A stretch of DNA of 63,997 bases, filler included, from Stramenopiles sp. TOSAG23-2 (GCA_900128395.1; 6 parts of 6 records of this genome joined end to end with filler, not necessarily neighbours in it), one strand, 5' to 3'; numbered from the whole stretch's first letter, positions 47,248 to 58,704 are shown. The notes: generated by a model from the letters alone, not told the origin. Numbers and translations: made by a program.

Positions 47248-47883
47248 TTAAAAATTTTCAAATTTTCCTTGATCACCACTATATTTCTCAATCACTTCTC
47301 TTCCAAAATCTGCATTATCAAAATTACTTTCAGAAATACCATTTGCTGATGCTTTTGGTGGCACATATGGTGCTGAAATTTCTTTTGCTAATAATGCATT
47401 CCAATCCAATGTTGTATAATATGGTGCATCTTTAATGTCATTTGCACCACGTGCTAAACATCCATAACGTCTAGTAGGTTGACGATGTAATAATTTCTTA
47501 ATCAATTGCTTTGCACTTGGATTCATACCTTTTGGAAATGATAATGGTTTCCGTAAAATATTCTCACAGATAACTTTATTATCATAACCATCATAATCAG
47601 CAAATGGAGTTGATCCAGATTCACATTCGTAGATTAAAATACCAGTTGCCCAATAATCAACACCTTTATTGTGACCACGGCGTAATAAAATTTCTGGTGC
47701 CATGTACTCTGGGGTTCCACATAACGTAAATGTTTTATCGGTAACAACTTTAGCAAAACCAAAATCAACCATTTTAATGTAACCATCTTTATCAATCATT
47801 AAATTTTCAGGTTTCAAATCACGATAACAAATGTCTTTTGAATGTATATATTCAAATACAGATACAACACATGCAGTGAACCA
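47248..47883 (-). pseudogene. C-lobe and tail of an AGC kinase (cGMP/cAMP-dependent type)
   Basis: YRDLKPENL, DFGFAK, TFTLCGTPEYMAPE, GVDYWATG; N-lobe absent. Confidence 0.85.
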
Positions 47884-48080
47884 CGTTTAAATTCCATATC
47901 TGTCTTATGTCCATCATGAACAACTTGCCTATGCCTATGACGTAATATATTTTTCACAGCAGTTTCTGTAACATTATGTGCATCAAGAGTCGTTGCCCGT
48001 TTAAAGCTTCCTTGACTACCTTTCTTACCAGAAAATGATTTTTCATTTTCCACCACTGGTGTGGATGCGCATAAACCCAT
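47884..48080 (-). pseudogene. Acylated N-terminus, probably of the same PKG-like kinase
   Basis: MGLCAS dual-acylation motif; joined out of frame to the kinase C-lobe. Confidence 0.55.
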
Positions 48081-48132
48081 GATTGATAATATATATATAT
48101 ATATATATGTGTGTGTGTATGTATGTACCTGG

Positions 48133-48166
<34 letters not shown>

Positions 48167-48340
48167 ATGTACCTGGATATATATATACTATTATGTTTTA
48201 ATATAAATATATATAATGTCTGAATATGATGATATGTTGTTTGATTCAAATGATATGATATATCTGTCATTCTTTCCATCTTATTATGTTATGAGAATGT
48301 ATATATGGTGCACATCTATTCAATTCTTTTTATTTTATTT

Positions 48341-49664
48341 TGGATGGTATACCATTAACTTTTTCTTTTTGTCTAGCATGGAAATACCATTGCAACGAAT
48401 TTTATTTTAAATTTTTCCAAAAACATAAAAAATGGGTGTTTCCCTTAAGAGAACTTTTGTTAAGGCTTGAATTTCTTCAAAATTTTTTACTCTCAAGCGG
48501 TTTTTGGCTTGAGAGTAAAATTAAATAAATGTAATAAATTTTCACGTAAAAAAATCGAAAAAATCATCTTTTTCTTGTATTTCTATAGGTGAAAATGGTA
48601 GTCTAATTTTATCTTCAAGTACAAAAATGTCCACAAAAATCTGTTCGGGATAAATACCTTACTTTTGAGATTTATCAAATTGTGATGTCACAGTGACATA
48701 AAAACAAAAGTACAAACATAAAAATAGATTGATAAAATGTATATATACAAAAGTACAAACATAAAAAATAGATTGATAAAATGTATATATATAAATATAA
48801 ATATTACTTTTGTATATATATATATATATATATTGTTACTATATATATATTTTATTGTTTTCTCACTGGGCATACTTTTGTATACACAAAGTGCGTCTTT
48901 GCCCAACACTTTGGGCAGAGAGCACCATGAAGCAGACAATAATTTCGTGTATTGCCTTTACATCCTGAACTAATGCATTTTTGCCTCAAAGTTGGTACTT
49001 TAACAAGAAAACATTTATTCTTTTGATCTTTTATGCTTTTTAATGTCTCATAGGGTCTTACCCCAGCCTTACTCCAATATTTTGCCATTCCTCCTTTTAA
49101 TCTATGGGCAAACCATATCCTGCCAAGGATAAAATCAATGCATACTGATAGTTGCTATAACGGCCCATTGTGAAATAGTTGCTGGTATTTATAATAATAT
49201 AATATGATGTGTTTGTTTAAATGGAGTATGATAAATAATTATATTAATATATTTATATATGTCATGTCACAGTGGCATATCTTAATTCATTTTGGTATAA
49301 CGTCTTCACACATTTTCTTGATTTTTATGTCACTGTGGCATGAAAATTGCTTACCTGTTTTCCTACTGGTTTAAGGCATACAATATTATATACTATATTT
49401 AGATAAATAAAATATAACTATATACAATGCAATTTATATTAGTATAAAATTTATATTTTCCTTAAAAATATAGCATTGATACAGCACTGTGAATTTAATC
49501 CATCAGTCTAATTTTCCAAAATTCCAATTATCAAATGGAGGCTAAATTGTGAAATGCAAAATCATACATCAATTTTAGTTGCCAACTATCAGTACAAAAT
49601 AGCAGCCAAATAAGGAGAATGTAAAAAAAGGTCAAATTTTACGAAGTTAATGGTATACCATCCA
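48341..49664. mobile_element. Putative deleted DNA transposon with 21-bp TIRs carrying a Cys/His-rich transposase-tail remnant
   Basis: TGGATGGTATACCATTAACTT (48341-48361) and exact inverse (49644-49664); internal ATGTCACAGTGRCATA motifs; minus ORF 48852..49088 with C-x4-C-x7-C-x2-H-x3-C-x2-C-x4-H. Confidence 0.65.
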
Positions 49665-50367
49665 TTTAAAAATATTATTATTATTTTTCGTTATGATGAT
49701 GAGTGGCAATCGCGATATCTTAATCTTTAATCTGGCCATGTTGGTATACAAGTATATAGTGTTAATTTGTACTCCCCCCATTCATGCAAACCATTTATAA
49801 ACCTAAATACCACCCAAAAGGATTTCAGCAGACTAAGATGCAGTTCATACGTTTATACCAAAAAAAGATAAGGGACAAGATACCTGTGGTATTATTATAT
49901 ATGGCGATAACATTATAGAGGGTTATAAAAAAACATAATTTTTCTCTTTTATCCATATTATGATTATTTTTATATACCAGGTAAACATATCTATGAAATA
50001 GTATTATAAAAATCGAGTCGGAATCTAAATTTTAATACATATCATAAAAATATCCCCTTTCTAAAAATCAATGCGGATAATTTTCCTTTTCTGTAGTAGT
50101 ATTAGTATAGCGAGCTATTTGTTAGTGCTATTCGCCTTAGGTTTCTTGAGTATAGAACGAGCCTATCAAAAAGGCTAAGGCGACCTATTTTAGGATTTAC
50201 GGAGTGTCTTGAAATTGCACATAGCACCATACACAATTTGGCTAATCTAAAATAATAATATCGATAAGTGTCATAGTCGGAACACACGACGCTCTCTAAT
50301 CTAATTAATACCAAAAAGAAAATTTTTACAGGGAGAGCGTGTACAAAAATATATTCTCTCAACGAAT

Positions 50368-52029
50368 TCATTTTACTCTACTTATATCATTATAAACTTT
50401 CAATAACCATAACTCTAATTTGCTGTTACCTGCATATTTTGCTAATTCATATGGACGTGATCTTTCACTATTTGTTACTTGAAAATGTTTATTCAGTAAT
50501 ACATCACGAAGATAATGCAGATTATGATCATGATATTCATCATTGTTTTTGTCACCAAATGATGTTGAACAATATTGATATGAAGCATATAATAAACCAC
50601 CGTGATATTTATTTCTAATTCCTTCACCTTTGTAATTATCACCAACTAATAATAATTCACATACTTGTAACTTTCCACGTTGTGCTGCTTTATGTAATAT
50701 ACCTTGTCCATTTTCATTGAAAATATGAAAATTACATGAATGTGTAAATAATAATTCAAACATTTCATTGCTAGTATTTAAACCTTGGCCGGCCCATAAT
50801 ACAGCATTGCAACCATACGAATTAATATGATCTACATCACAACTTTTATTAATTAGATAATTACATACGTGAATTTGATTTTGCCATACAGCTAAATGAA
50901 ATGGTGTTGTCCCATCTTCCGTTTCCACATCTACACACATTGGAAACAATGTATTATTTAATAAAAATTCAACAACATCTACATGTCCATTTCTACAACT
51001 CCAATGCAATGCAGTACGACCCGCATAACCACGTCTACCCTTTTGTTTTTCTACATTTGGGTTGATTTTACATGTTTCTATTAAATATTGAACACAATCT
51101 AAATGCCCTCCACCAGATGCCCATAACAATCCATTGGATCCATTACGATCATATATTTCTTTTGGATTATACTTATCATTCAATATTAATTCTTTTAATA
51201 ATATTAAATCCCCACTTCTACATGCTTCTAATCCTGGATTTAATAATGGCTTCACTTTTCCTGTTCGAATCATTTCCTTTAAATTCTCCGGATTGCTTTG
51301 TGCAATTGCCATATCCATTTGTTTATTTAATATGATCTTATTATTATTGTCACCATCATCGCTTTGTGAAATCACATCAGTATTTTTCTTATTATTGTTG
51401 AAATTATGAAAATGTATCAATGAATGTTTTGCAGAAGTTACTGCATTATATGCCTTTGAATGATCTTTAATTTTATGTACATTCTTTATATGCCATTCTA
51501 AGCCGGAATTATTCAATTTTACAAATTTACCACAGCGTGTACAACTGATCATACCATTCATATTTTGCTCTTTGTTATATTTTAAAGTAGTAAAATGAAT
51601 TGTTAATGAATTGAATTCGTGTCCAATTCCAACATATGAAAATATAGTTTGTAATTTTTCTATTGGTAAATTATGAAATAATAATTCATTTAAATTACTT
51701 TGTGTTACAAATGGACGAGTTAGACCTAGATTGGAAGTGATGGAGATAGTTTTTTCTTGTTGTTTTACAGTGTTCTTATTACTACTACCAGTATCATTAT
51801 TATCATTGGTTGATGCCATCTTTTGTTTTTTTTCATCTTTAAATATAGCCCAGAATAATTTAGTCGTAAGTGAAATTTTATATTCAGCATGGTCTTTTTT
51901 ATTTGATCTTTCAATACTTTTATTATTTATTAATGGTTGATATTGTATATATTGTTCCTGGGATAAAATATTTTTCATCGATGTATCCAATACATCTTTA
52001 ATAATATCTACCATGATGATGGTGGTCAA
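50368..52029 (-). CDS. Ankyrin-repeat protein with C2H2 zinc finger
   Basis: CTRCGKF...LEWHIKNVH; ankyrins GSNGLLWAS, GRTALHWSCRNGH, GTTPFHLAV, GQGILHKAAQRG. Confidence 0.9.
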   Translation of the reverse strand: MTTIIMVDIIKDVLDTSMKNILSQEQYIQYQPLINNKSIERSNKKDHAEYKISLTTKLFWAIFKDEKKQKMASTNDNNDTGSSNKNTVKQQEKTISITSNLGLTRPFVTQSNLNELLFHNLPIEKLQTIFSYVGIGHEFNSLTIHFTTLKYNKEQNMNGMISCTRCGKFVKLNNSGLEWHIKNVHKIKDHSKAYNAVTSAKHSLIHFHNFNNNKKNTDVISQSDDGDNNNKIILNKQMDMAIAQSNPENLKEMIRTGKVKPLLNPGLEACRSGDLILLKELILNDKYNPKEIYDRNGSNGLLWASGGGHLDCVQYLIETCKINPNVEKQKGRRGYAGRTALHWSCRNGHVDVVEFLLNNTLFPMCVDVETEDGTTPFHLAVWQNQIHVCNYLINKSCDVDHINSYGCNAVLWAGQGLNTSNEMFELLFTHSCNFHIFNENGQGILHKAAQRGKLQVCELLLVGDNYKGEGIRNKYHGGLLYASYQYCSTSFGDKNNDEYHDHNLHYLRDVLLNKHFQVTNSERSRPYELAKYAGNSKLELWLLKVYNDISRVK

Positions 52030-52363
52030 TTCTCTAATGTATACGTTTCGCGTTTTTATTGAGGGGTTGATATATATGTATATATATATATTGCATTGTT
52101 CTTGTGTTTCTATTATTTTTCAATATTATTATTCTTTTTTCTCTTGTGCTCTTCTTCACATAAGAGAATTATAAATTAAAAATGTGTGTGTGATGTGTTG
52201 AATGTGATGAATATTAATAATATAATATAAATATAAACAAATAGAAAACAGTGATATAAAAATATATACAACAACAATATATACATATATATATAAAGGT
52301 ACCAGTTTATAGTATCATAAACAAAACAAGATAATAATAGTATTATAATACAAGAAAAAGAAG

Positions 52364-53890
52364 ATGACATCGTTTAATAAGAACAATACTAATATTAATA
52401 CAACTATATGTTTTCGTGTTGATGGTGACTCAACTATTGGATTAGGACATGTAGTCAGAAGTAAAGCATTAGCAAGTGTTTTTGATGAAATGAGTAATGT
52501 TAATGTAATATGGGCTAGTTGTGGAACAAGTGATAATAGTCCAAATGCAGTTGAAAAATTATATGGTCGTAGCATGAAAGATGAAGACTTGAAATTGCCA
52601 AATGGAAGTGCATGTGATTTGAATGAAGCTGAAGAAGTTGGAAAATGGGCTAGAAAATCAAACGCAACATGGATTGTTATTGACCATTATAAAATTACTG
52701 ATGAATATTTAAATCATTTGTATACTACAATGAATAATGATAATAATAACAATTCTACTATGAATAATATAAAAATTATGATTATGGATGATCATCAAAT
52801 TCGTGTAACAAATGTTGCCATGCGCTTAGCACCGATGCAAGTTTTTGAGAAATTTAATGATATTAAAACTAATAAAGACGATGATAATGTTGAAAATTTA
52901 ATTGGACCACAATATTTATTGTTACGACCAGATTTTGCATCAATTGCAAAAAAATATAATAATAGAAAGAATTATATTAGATCAGGTACTATTATATGTT
53001 TTGGTGGAGCAGATACCTTAGGAATGACGAAAAATTGTATTGAAATGTTATTAAATACACCAGGTGTATTTTTTGATCAACGTCGTAAGGAAAAGTTATA
53101 CGTATTAGCATCAGATAAAATGTGTGATATGCAAAATTTAAATGAAATAATCAAACAATATTCTGATAAACTTGGTGTTGATAAAATTGAACGTAAATCA
53201 TGGGTTGATGCAAATGATATGGCAACATTATTAAGTTCATGTAGCTATGCATTTGTAAGTTCAAGTGGCGTTGGTGTTGAAACAGTTGCAATGAAATGCC
53301 CATGTACGGTAGTATGCTGGATTGATAATCAAATTAATCATGGTAAAATAATTAAAGGATTAGGTGGTGGTTATGTTGCAAACAATATTGAAGAAATAAT
53401 CACTCAATTAAGTAGTAGTAATGTTGATGGAGCGAAGAATGATAATAATAACAATGTTACTATGATGGACCAGGAAGAAATGGAAATTATGAAAACATTA
53501 GATGGTGCTACTATTGATCCATATGGTGCATGGCGTGTTGCATCAAAAATGTTAAACATTGATTTATTGAAAAATATGATAGATGTAGAAAAAGAACAAG
53601 AAGAAGAAGAAGAAAAGAAGAATCATGAATCATGTAAAAAAATTGAAGAACAATTACGAGCAGGTTTTGACAATATTGAATTCTTATCTGTTGAAGATTT
53701 ATCGGATGGATGTGGTGATAAATTTAAAATTATAATTGTATCTGATGTTTTCGAAGGTGTTAATTTAGTAGATCGACATCGTATGGTAAATGGTTCAAAT
53801 GGTGTATTGAAAAATATTATGGATACAGTCCATGCAATGCAATTAAAAACATGGACAATAAAACAATATAAAAAAAAGATGAATAAGTGA
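52364..53890 (+). CDS. PseG/SpsG-like UDP-sugar hydrolase (GT-B fold) fused to a C-terminal BolA domain
   Basis: FRVDGDSTIGLGHVVRS, VIDHY, LIGPQYLLLRPDF, CFGGAD, DNQ; C-terminal EDLSDGCGDKFKIIIVSDVFEGVNLVDRHRMVN...VHAMQLKTWT. Confidence 0.88.
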   Translation: MTSFNKNNTNINTTICFRVDGDSTIGLGHVVRSKALASVFDEMSNVNVIWASCGTSDNSPNAVEKLYGRSMKDEDLKLPNGSACDLNEAEEVGKWARKSNATWIVIDHYKITDEYLNHLYTTMNNDNNNNSTMNNIKIMIMDDHQIRVTNVAMRLAPMQVFEKFNDIKTNKDDDNVENLIGPQYLLLRPDFASIAKKYNNRKNYIRSGTIICFGGADTLGMTKNCIEMLLNTPGVFFDQRRKEKLYVLASDKMCDMQNLNEIIKQYSDKLGVDKIERKSWVDANDMATLLSSCSYAFVSSSGVGVETVAMKCPCTVVCWIDNQINHGKIIKGLGGGYVANNIEEIITQLSSSNVDGAKNDNNNNVTMMDQEEMEIMKTLDGATIDPYGAWRVASKMLNIDLLKNMIDVEKEQEEEEEKKNHESCKKIEEQLRAGFDNIEFLSVEDLSDGCGDKFKIIIVSDVFEGVNLVDRHRMVNGSNGVLKNIMDTVHAMQLKTWTIKQYKKKMNK

Positions 53891-54097
53891 AGGAGATATG
53901 GAGGGTGCGTTTCGTTCAGTTCAGAGATGTAACACAATCTAATAATTCAGTTTTCTTCACATGAATGTTATGTTCGTATAATCAATCCGAAAAGATGTCA
54001 TTTCGGATAAATATAATGAGTAGTTGATACCATCTATTTACCTTCATTGGTTTTCTCTATTATGGGAATATCAACACATTAGTGTGAGATAGATTAT

Positions 54098-54197
54098 NNN
54101 NNNNNNNNNNNNNNNNNNNNNNNNNNNNNNNNNNNNNNNNNTTAATTAATTAANNNNNNNNNNNNNNNNNNNNNNNNNNNNNNNNNNNNNNNNNNNN
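54098..54197. other. Artificial contig spacer
   Basis: N44-TTAATTAATTAA-N44. Confidence 0.99.
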
Positions 54198-54654
54198 GAG
54201 TATGTGTTTTTATTAACCGTATTAAAAAAAAAGAATGTTTCATGAAAAATGCGCGTGTGTATTTTAGTTTTCTCTAAAAATACGAGTCGTATACTTTTTT
54301 GTTGCACTATACACATTTCTTCCTCACGACCGCCTCTTTTATAATATTATATTTTTTTTTCATTTTTGTAGACGACTCTCTCTCCATTTTTGTAAAATTC
54401 TTTTTTTTCTCTCCCAGTAAATATATATATGATATCTCAAACGCGAATAATTTTGAAAAAAAATATTAAAACATATTCGCGAATAATTTTTGAAACCTCT
54501 TTTATATTCTGTGGCTTATAAAATTCATTTTGTCCTTCAATACAAACCCGTTCGGTATTAAAGTAAACAAATTAACATATTACGTATCTTTTTTTTCAAA
54601 AAAATATGAAATGTTGTGCGTACATGAAAACTATAATTTCCACATATTTTTTTT

Positions 54655-55800
54655 TTATGAAAAATCCAACATCGTATTTGCAATATTAAAATCGTTGATA
54701 GAAAATAAAGATGATGTTTGATTTGAAATAGAGTGAATAATACAATTTCCACAATGATCGCATTTGATATTATCTAGTGAGTCACCTTTTGCATGTTTTT
54801 CCAATTCAATTGAACATGATTGTGAACTAGATTGACTTTCATCATGATTTTCATCTTCCGCTTCAAGCTTGATGATATCATGTTCGTCTCCACCAACGTT
54901 ATCATCATCAACATCTGAATCATCGACCAATTCTACAGGAATCGGTGGAAAACCAGCTTCGATAACATAATTTAAACATTTTCGTGACTTTTTTTTTTCA
55001 GGTGGGCAGTCCTCTTCATATTTTACCAACGAAGCTTGCGAGCTTTTACTCGCAGTGTTCTTTCGTTTCAATATAAGACATTTGTTCTTTGCACCTTTTG
55101 GGCGTCCGGGGCGACGTTTAACTGTTTCTGCAGTTACAATAACTGATGTTTTGCAATTTTTTTTCATCTTCGAATTGGTTGTGGGAGACTTCAAATTGAT
55201 CGGTTCATTTTTAGATAAGAATTTGCTTACATGTTTGAAACGTATACTTTGCATTTTTTCCGAATCATCGTTTTCGCATCCACCATTTTTAAAATATTGC
55301 TTCAATTCTTTTATTCGATCTTTATGCGTTTTAGTCATATCTCGAATTGATTTTACTAAACCAGCTGCAAGGCGAATGTCTCCAATACAAAAGGATCGAT
55401 TTGATAATTCGACGGATGCATCGTTTTTATTCGCATTACTCGTATCTTTTAACAAAGGAATGTACATATTTAAGACCTGCCAACCATTGATTTTATTTGA
55501 ATAATCATACGATTTAATACCTTTATGCCGAACAATGCGTGCAATGCTAGTAGGCGTATTTCGAGAAAAGATTTTCCCACCAATGTTTGTAATCAAATCA
55601 TATTTTTGTACCAAAATTTCCTGCGTTCGTACTTTTTTATTTCCATCTCGAACAACTTGAAACATTTTTAAATCAACATGTTTGCATTTAAATCTTCCTT
55701 TATTTAATATAGGTATAATTTTCGGTTTTACCATGTTACAGATAAGATCTCCTTCACGATAATGCTTTTTTGCAATGAAACATTTTTCCGATGTTGACAT
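54655..55800 (-). CDS. Hypothetical nuclear protein with AT-hook
   Basis: KRRPGRPKG AT-hook, PPEKKKSRK NLS-like motif, acidic tail with CDHC. Confidence 0.65.
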   Translation of the reverse strand: MSTSEKCFIAKKHYREGDLICNMVKPKIIPILNKGRFKCKHVDLKMFQVVRDGNKKVRTQEILVQKYDLITNIGGKIFSRNTPTSIARIVRHKGIKSYDYSNKINGWQVLNMYIPLLKDTSNANKNDASVELSNRSFCIGDIRLAAGLVKSIRDMTKTHKDRIKELKQYFKNGGCENDDSEKMQSIRFKHVSKFLSKNEPINLKSPTTNSKMKKNCKTSVIVTAETVKRRPGRPKGAKNKCLILKRKNTASKSSQASLVKYEEDCPPEKKKSRKCLNYVIEAGFPPIPVELVDDSDVDDDNVGGDEHDIIKLEAEDENHDESQSSSQSCSIELEKHAKGDSLDNIKCDHCGNCIIHSISNQTSSLFSINDFNIANTMLDFS

Positions 55801-56208
55801 GTTTTATATATATATTATTATATAAATATTTATGTGAAGTAAATAATATATATATCGATATATGGTCGAAAAAAATAATATGATATATACGATATTGTTT
55901 ATATATTTTCAATCTATATAGTATAATATAAATATAAAAAAATAATATATATCTACTAATACGTGTGTGTGTGATAATTCTAGTATGGCGTACAAATTGT
56001 TTTCTTTGTATTGATATTTTAATGTTCTTGTTTGTATTTATGATTGTCGTTGATATTTGTTCATCTCTTTTCACTTCAATGTATTTGCAAAATGTGTACA
56101 ATCATTATATATATACAAATTTTGAAATTATTTAAAAAATGCCTCCGCTTTGATTCAAAAAAAGCACTTTTGGGATCTTCAACGAAATCAAAAATGCATC
56201 CTTGTGAT

Positions 56209-56436
56209 TCCCCAAAAATAGTGAGGTTCCAATAAGTATAGATTTAGTATACCATACATGTATATGTATATAGGATAATATCAAAAAACTCGGATATTCT
56301 AGATATTTTCATCCAATATAATTAACATATTGGCCATTTTTGGATTTTATGAATTTTTACCAAAGATCTTTACCTATCAAATATCTATATAATATACTAA
56401 ATCTATACTTATTGGAAACCCACTATTTTGTGGGGA
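56209..56436. mobile_element. MITE-like element (~228 bp) with ~43-bp imperfect TIRs
   Basis: TCCCCAAAAATAGTGAGGTTCCAATAAGTATAGATTTAGTATA versus its inverse at 56393-56436; inner 25 bp perfect; no clear TSD. Confidence 0.65.
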
Positions 56437-56783
56437 GAGGTTCATCCGTCAATTTATTATTCATGGTATAATCATGCTATTTCGAAAATTAAAGTTTCAT
56501 ATAGGACCTTAATATATTATGCCGTTCTGTTTTTCAGTCCATCCTTATTATACTAAAAAAATATCTTTTTTTATTGCATGATATGCATATAAAAAATGTA
56601 TATTTAATATTGGATGTGTTTGTGACATGTATGTATATATGTGTGTATAGAAAGAGAAAAAGTAACAGGAAAGAAGAGACTGTGCAATCAGTTTATCGAA
56701 TAATATATATATATATATATAAAAATATATCATAATATAATACAATACAATACTAAAGAAATTATAATAATAACAACAACAAC

Positions 56784-57680
56784 ATGGGAAGACTTGATGG
56801 AAAAGTAGCAATAATCACTGGCGGAACAAGTGGGATTGGACTGGAAACTGTTCAATTATTTATCAAAGAAGGTGCATCAGTTGTATTTTGTGGACGTGGT
56901 GAAGAAGTTGGCAAAGCAATTGCAGCGGAGCAAGGTCCAAAATGTGTCTTTGTGAAAGCAGATGTAACAAATGAAGCAGATATTAAAAGAGTTATCGATA
57001 CCACCGTTGAACATTTTGGTCATATCCATTGTTTATTTAATAACGCTGGTGGTGGTGTTGGTGTACGTGGCGTTGAAAGTGTATCTCGTAAAAACTTGGA
57101 TGCAACATTTAGGTTAAACTTTGATTCCATGGCATTGGCTACAAAAATGGCAGTTCCACATATGAAAAAAGAACGAACATCATCGATTATTAATAACTCA
57201 TCTGTTGCAGCAAAAAAAGCTGGATTTGGCGATGTTTTATATTCCGCAGCAAAAGCTGCAATGGATGGTTATGGACGTGCTGCAGCAATGGAACTTGCAA
57301 AATTTGGAATTCGTGTAAATAGCGTAAGTCCTGGAGCTACGGCGACGCCAATTTTTTGGGGCGGAAGTCCTGGAAGTGCACGTGGTAAAACATTGAGTGA
57401 AGAAGACAATGCTGTACGTCAAAAAAAAGTTGAAGATAATATTGTGAATAATGTTGTCCCATTACGTATTGGTAGAAGTGGTACTGGATATGATATTGCA
57501 ACTGCAGCATTATTCTTAGCAAGTGATGATTCTGAATGGTATACTGGTAAAGATATGATTGTTGATGGTGGTATGACGACGTTTGATGCTCCTAATAAAG
57601 GATGGATGGCAGATGAAAATGCAGTTGATCCAGTTCCATTAAGACAATATATTCAAAGACCAAAACGAAGTAAAATGTAA
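56784..57680 (+). CDS. Short-chain dehydrogenase/reductase, PTS1-like C-terminus (SKM)
   Basis: TGGTSGIG, NNAG, YSAAK, IRVNSVSPG, VDGG. Confidence 0.95.
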   Translation: MGRLDGKVAIITGGTSGIGLETVQLFIKEGASVVFCGRGEEVGKAIAAEQGPKCVFVKADVTNEADIKRVIDTTVEHFGHIHCLFNNAGGGVGVRGVESVSRKNLDATFRLNFDSMALATKMAVPHMKKERTSSIINNSSVAAKKAGFGDVLYSAAKAAMDGYGRAAAMELAKFGIRVNSVSPGATATPIFWGGSPGSARGKTLSEEDNAVRQKKVEDNIVNNVVPLRIGRSGTGYDIATAALFLASDDSEWYTGKDMIVDGGMTTFDAPNKGWMADENAVDPVPLRQYIQRPKRSKM

Positions 57681-57840
57681 AAATGCCCAGTGTTGTATAT
57701 AAGACAAAAATGAGTGTGGTAAGAGAGAGAGAGAAGAAGAAGAGGAGATATATAAAATGTTAAAATTAAGACAGGACCTTTTAAAATAAATACGCAAGTC
57801 TCTCGTGTGTTACTTAATAACTTTAGTTGTGCTTTAACTT

Positions 57841-58704
57841 TCATCCCCCCTCTCCTCCTCTTGATCTTGGTTCAATTACTAAATAATAATAACTTACATA
57901 TACTACGAAAATGAATGTTAGAAACAAAAAGCGTTGAAATGATTTCCAACCAATTGTAATCTTTCCTAAATAAAAAGGTAATAACATTTCAATATAGCCA
58001 TCTAATTCTGGAACTGGTGCATTAATTATTTTTGCATACCCAAGTGAACCAATTACATTTTGTAATGTAACAATATCTTTTGTTTTTCTTACAGTTCTTT
58101 TTACATCTAACATAAAATGTTTTGCCATTCCAGAATAAATTGCCCAAAAAAAATCATCGCATACATAATTTTTGATACCATCGTTTTCCGGTAGTTTTCC
58201 ATGCTTCTCTTCCATTTCTCCTTTCCACCATTTTGTTTGTATTCTAAATTCTGGTGGTACGGGTTGGTTAGGAAATGTTAATTTGCCACCACCTGGTACC
58301 ATAACAACTTCTTTAAAATAAAACCAATGGTCAACAAGCATATTTGTCCAACAACATTCAGCCACTAATCGGGTTGATTCACTATCCATTCTTAACTTCC
58401 AAGTTGTCAAATGTTCTTTTCCCTTTACAATTTCAATGGCATTTTCAAAATAATGTAGTTTTAACGGTTTAGTGAGCATTTTTTCTATATTTTTAATAAC
58501 ATGTTTTTCATTATCGTTCTTTTTCAAAGTATATTCTGTTTTTTTTTTAATAGTCCATTGCAATGCTACTCTACAATCTATACAACAACATTCAAGGCAT
58601 TTAACCGGCTTTGGGTTATGTAATATAATTTCGCATTTACCACATGAACATTGTAATGTTGCTTTTTGTTTTGGACCCGGAATATCAGTAATTGTGCCAG
58701 GCAT
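57841..58704 (-). CDS. GFA/Mss4-like Zn-binding protein with C-terminal TM anchor
   Basis: LQCSCG...CCCIDCR, RLVAECCWT; hydrophobic FLFLTFIFVVYVSYYYLVI tail. Confidence 0.7.
   Translation of the reverse strand: MPGTITDIPGPKQKATLQCSCGKCEIILHNPKPVKCLECCCIDCRVALQWTIKKKTEYTLKKNDNEKHVIKNIEKMLTKPLKLHYFENAIEIVKGKEHLTTWKLRMDSESTRLVAECCWTNMLVDHWFYFKEVVMVPGGGKLTFPNQPVPPEFRIQTKWWKGEMEEKHGKLPENDGIKNYVCDDFFWAIYSGMAKHFMLDVKRTVRKTKDIVTLQNVIGSLGYAKIINAPVPELDGYIEMLLPFYLGKITIGWKSFQRFLFLTFIFVVYVSYYYLVIEPRSRGGEGG

Noticed and set aside
50132-50183. Hairpin TCGCCTTAG/CTAAGGCGA as possible ncRNA
   Set aside because: No box C/D, H/ACA or tRNA features recognisable by eye; would need an Infernal search
25318-53890. 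BolA + BolA + MsrB as a redox/Fe-S gene cluster
   Set aside because: The two BolA genes are on different contigs; MsrB is 7 kb from PseG-BolA with unrelated genes between
10781-54197. Regularly spaced TTAATTAATTAA palindromes about every 10.8 kb
   Set aside because: Artificial linkers inside N-runs; contig lengths fall monotonically (10764, 10735, 10719, 10699), showing size-sorted concatenation
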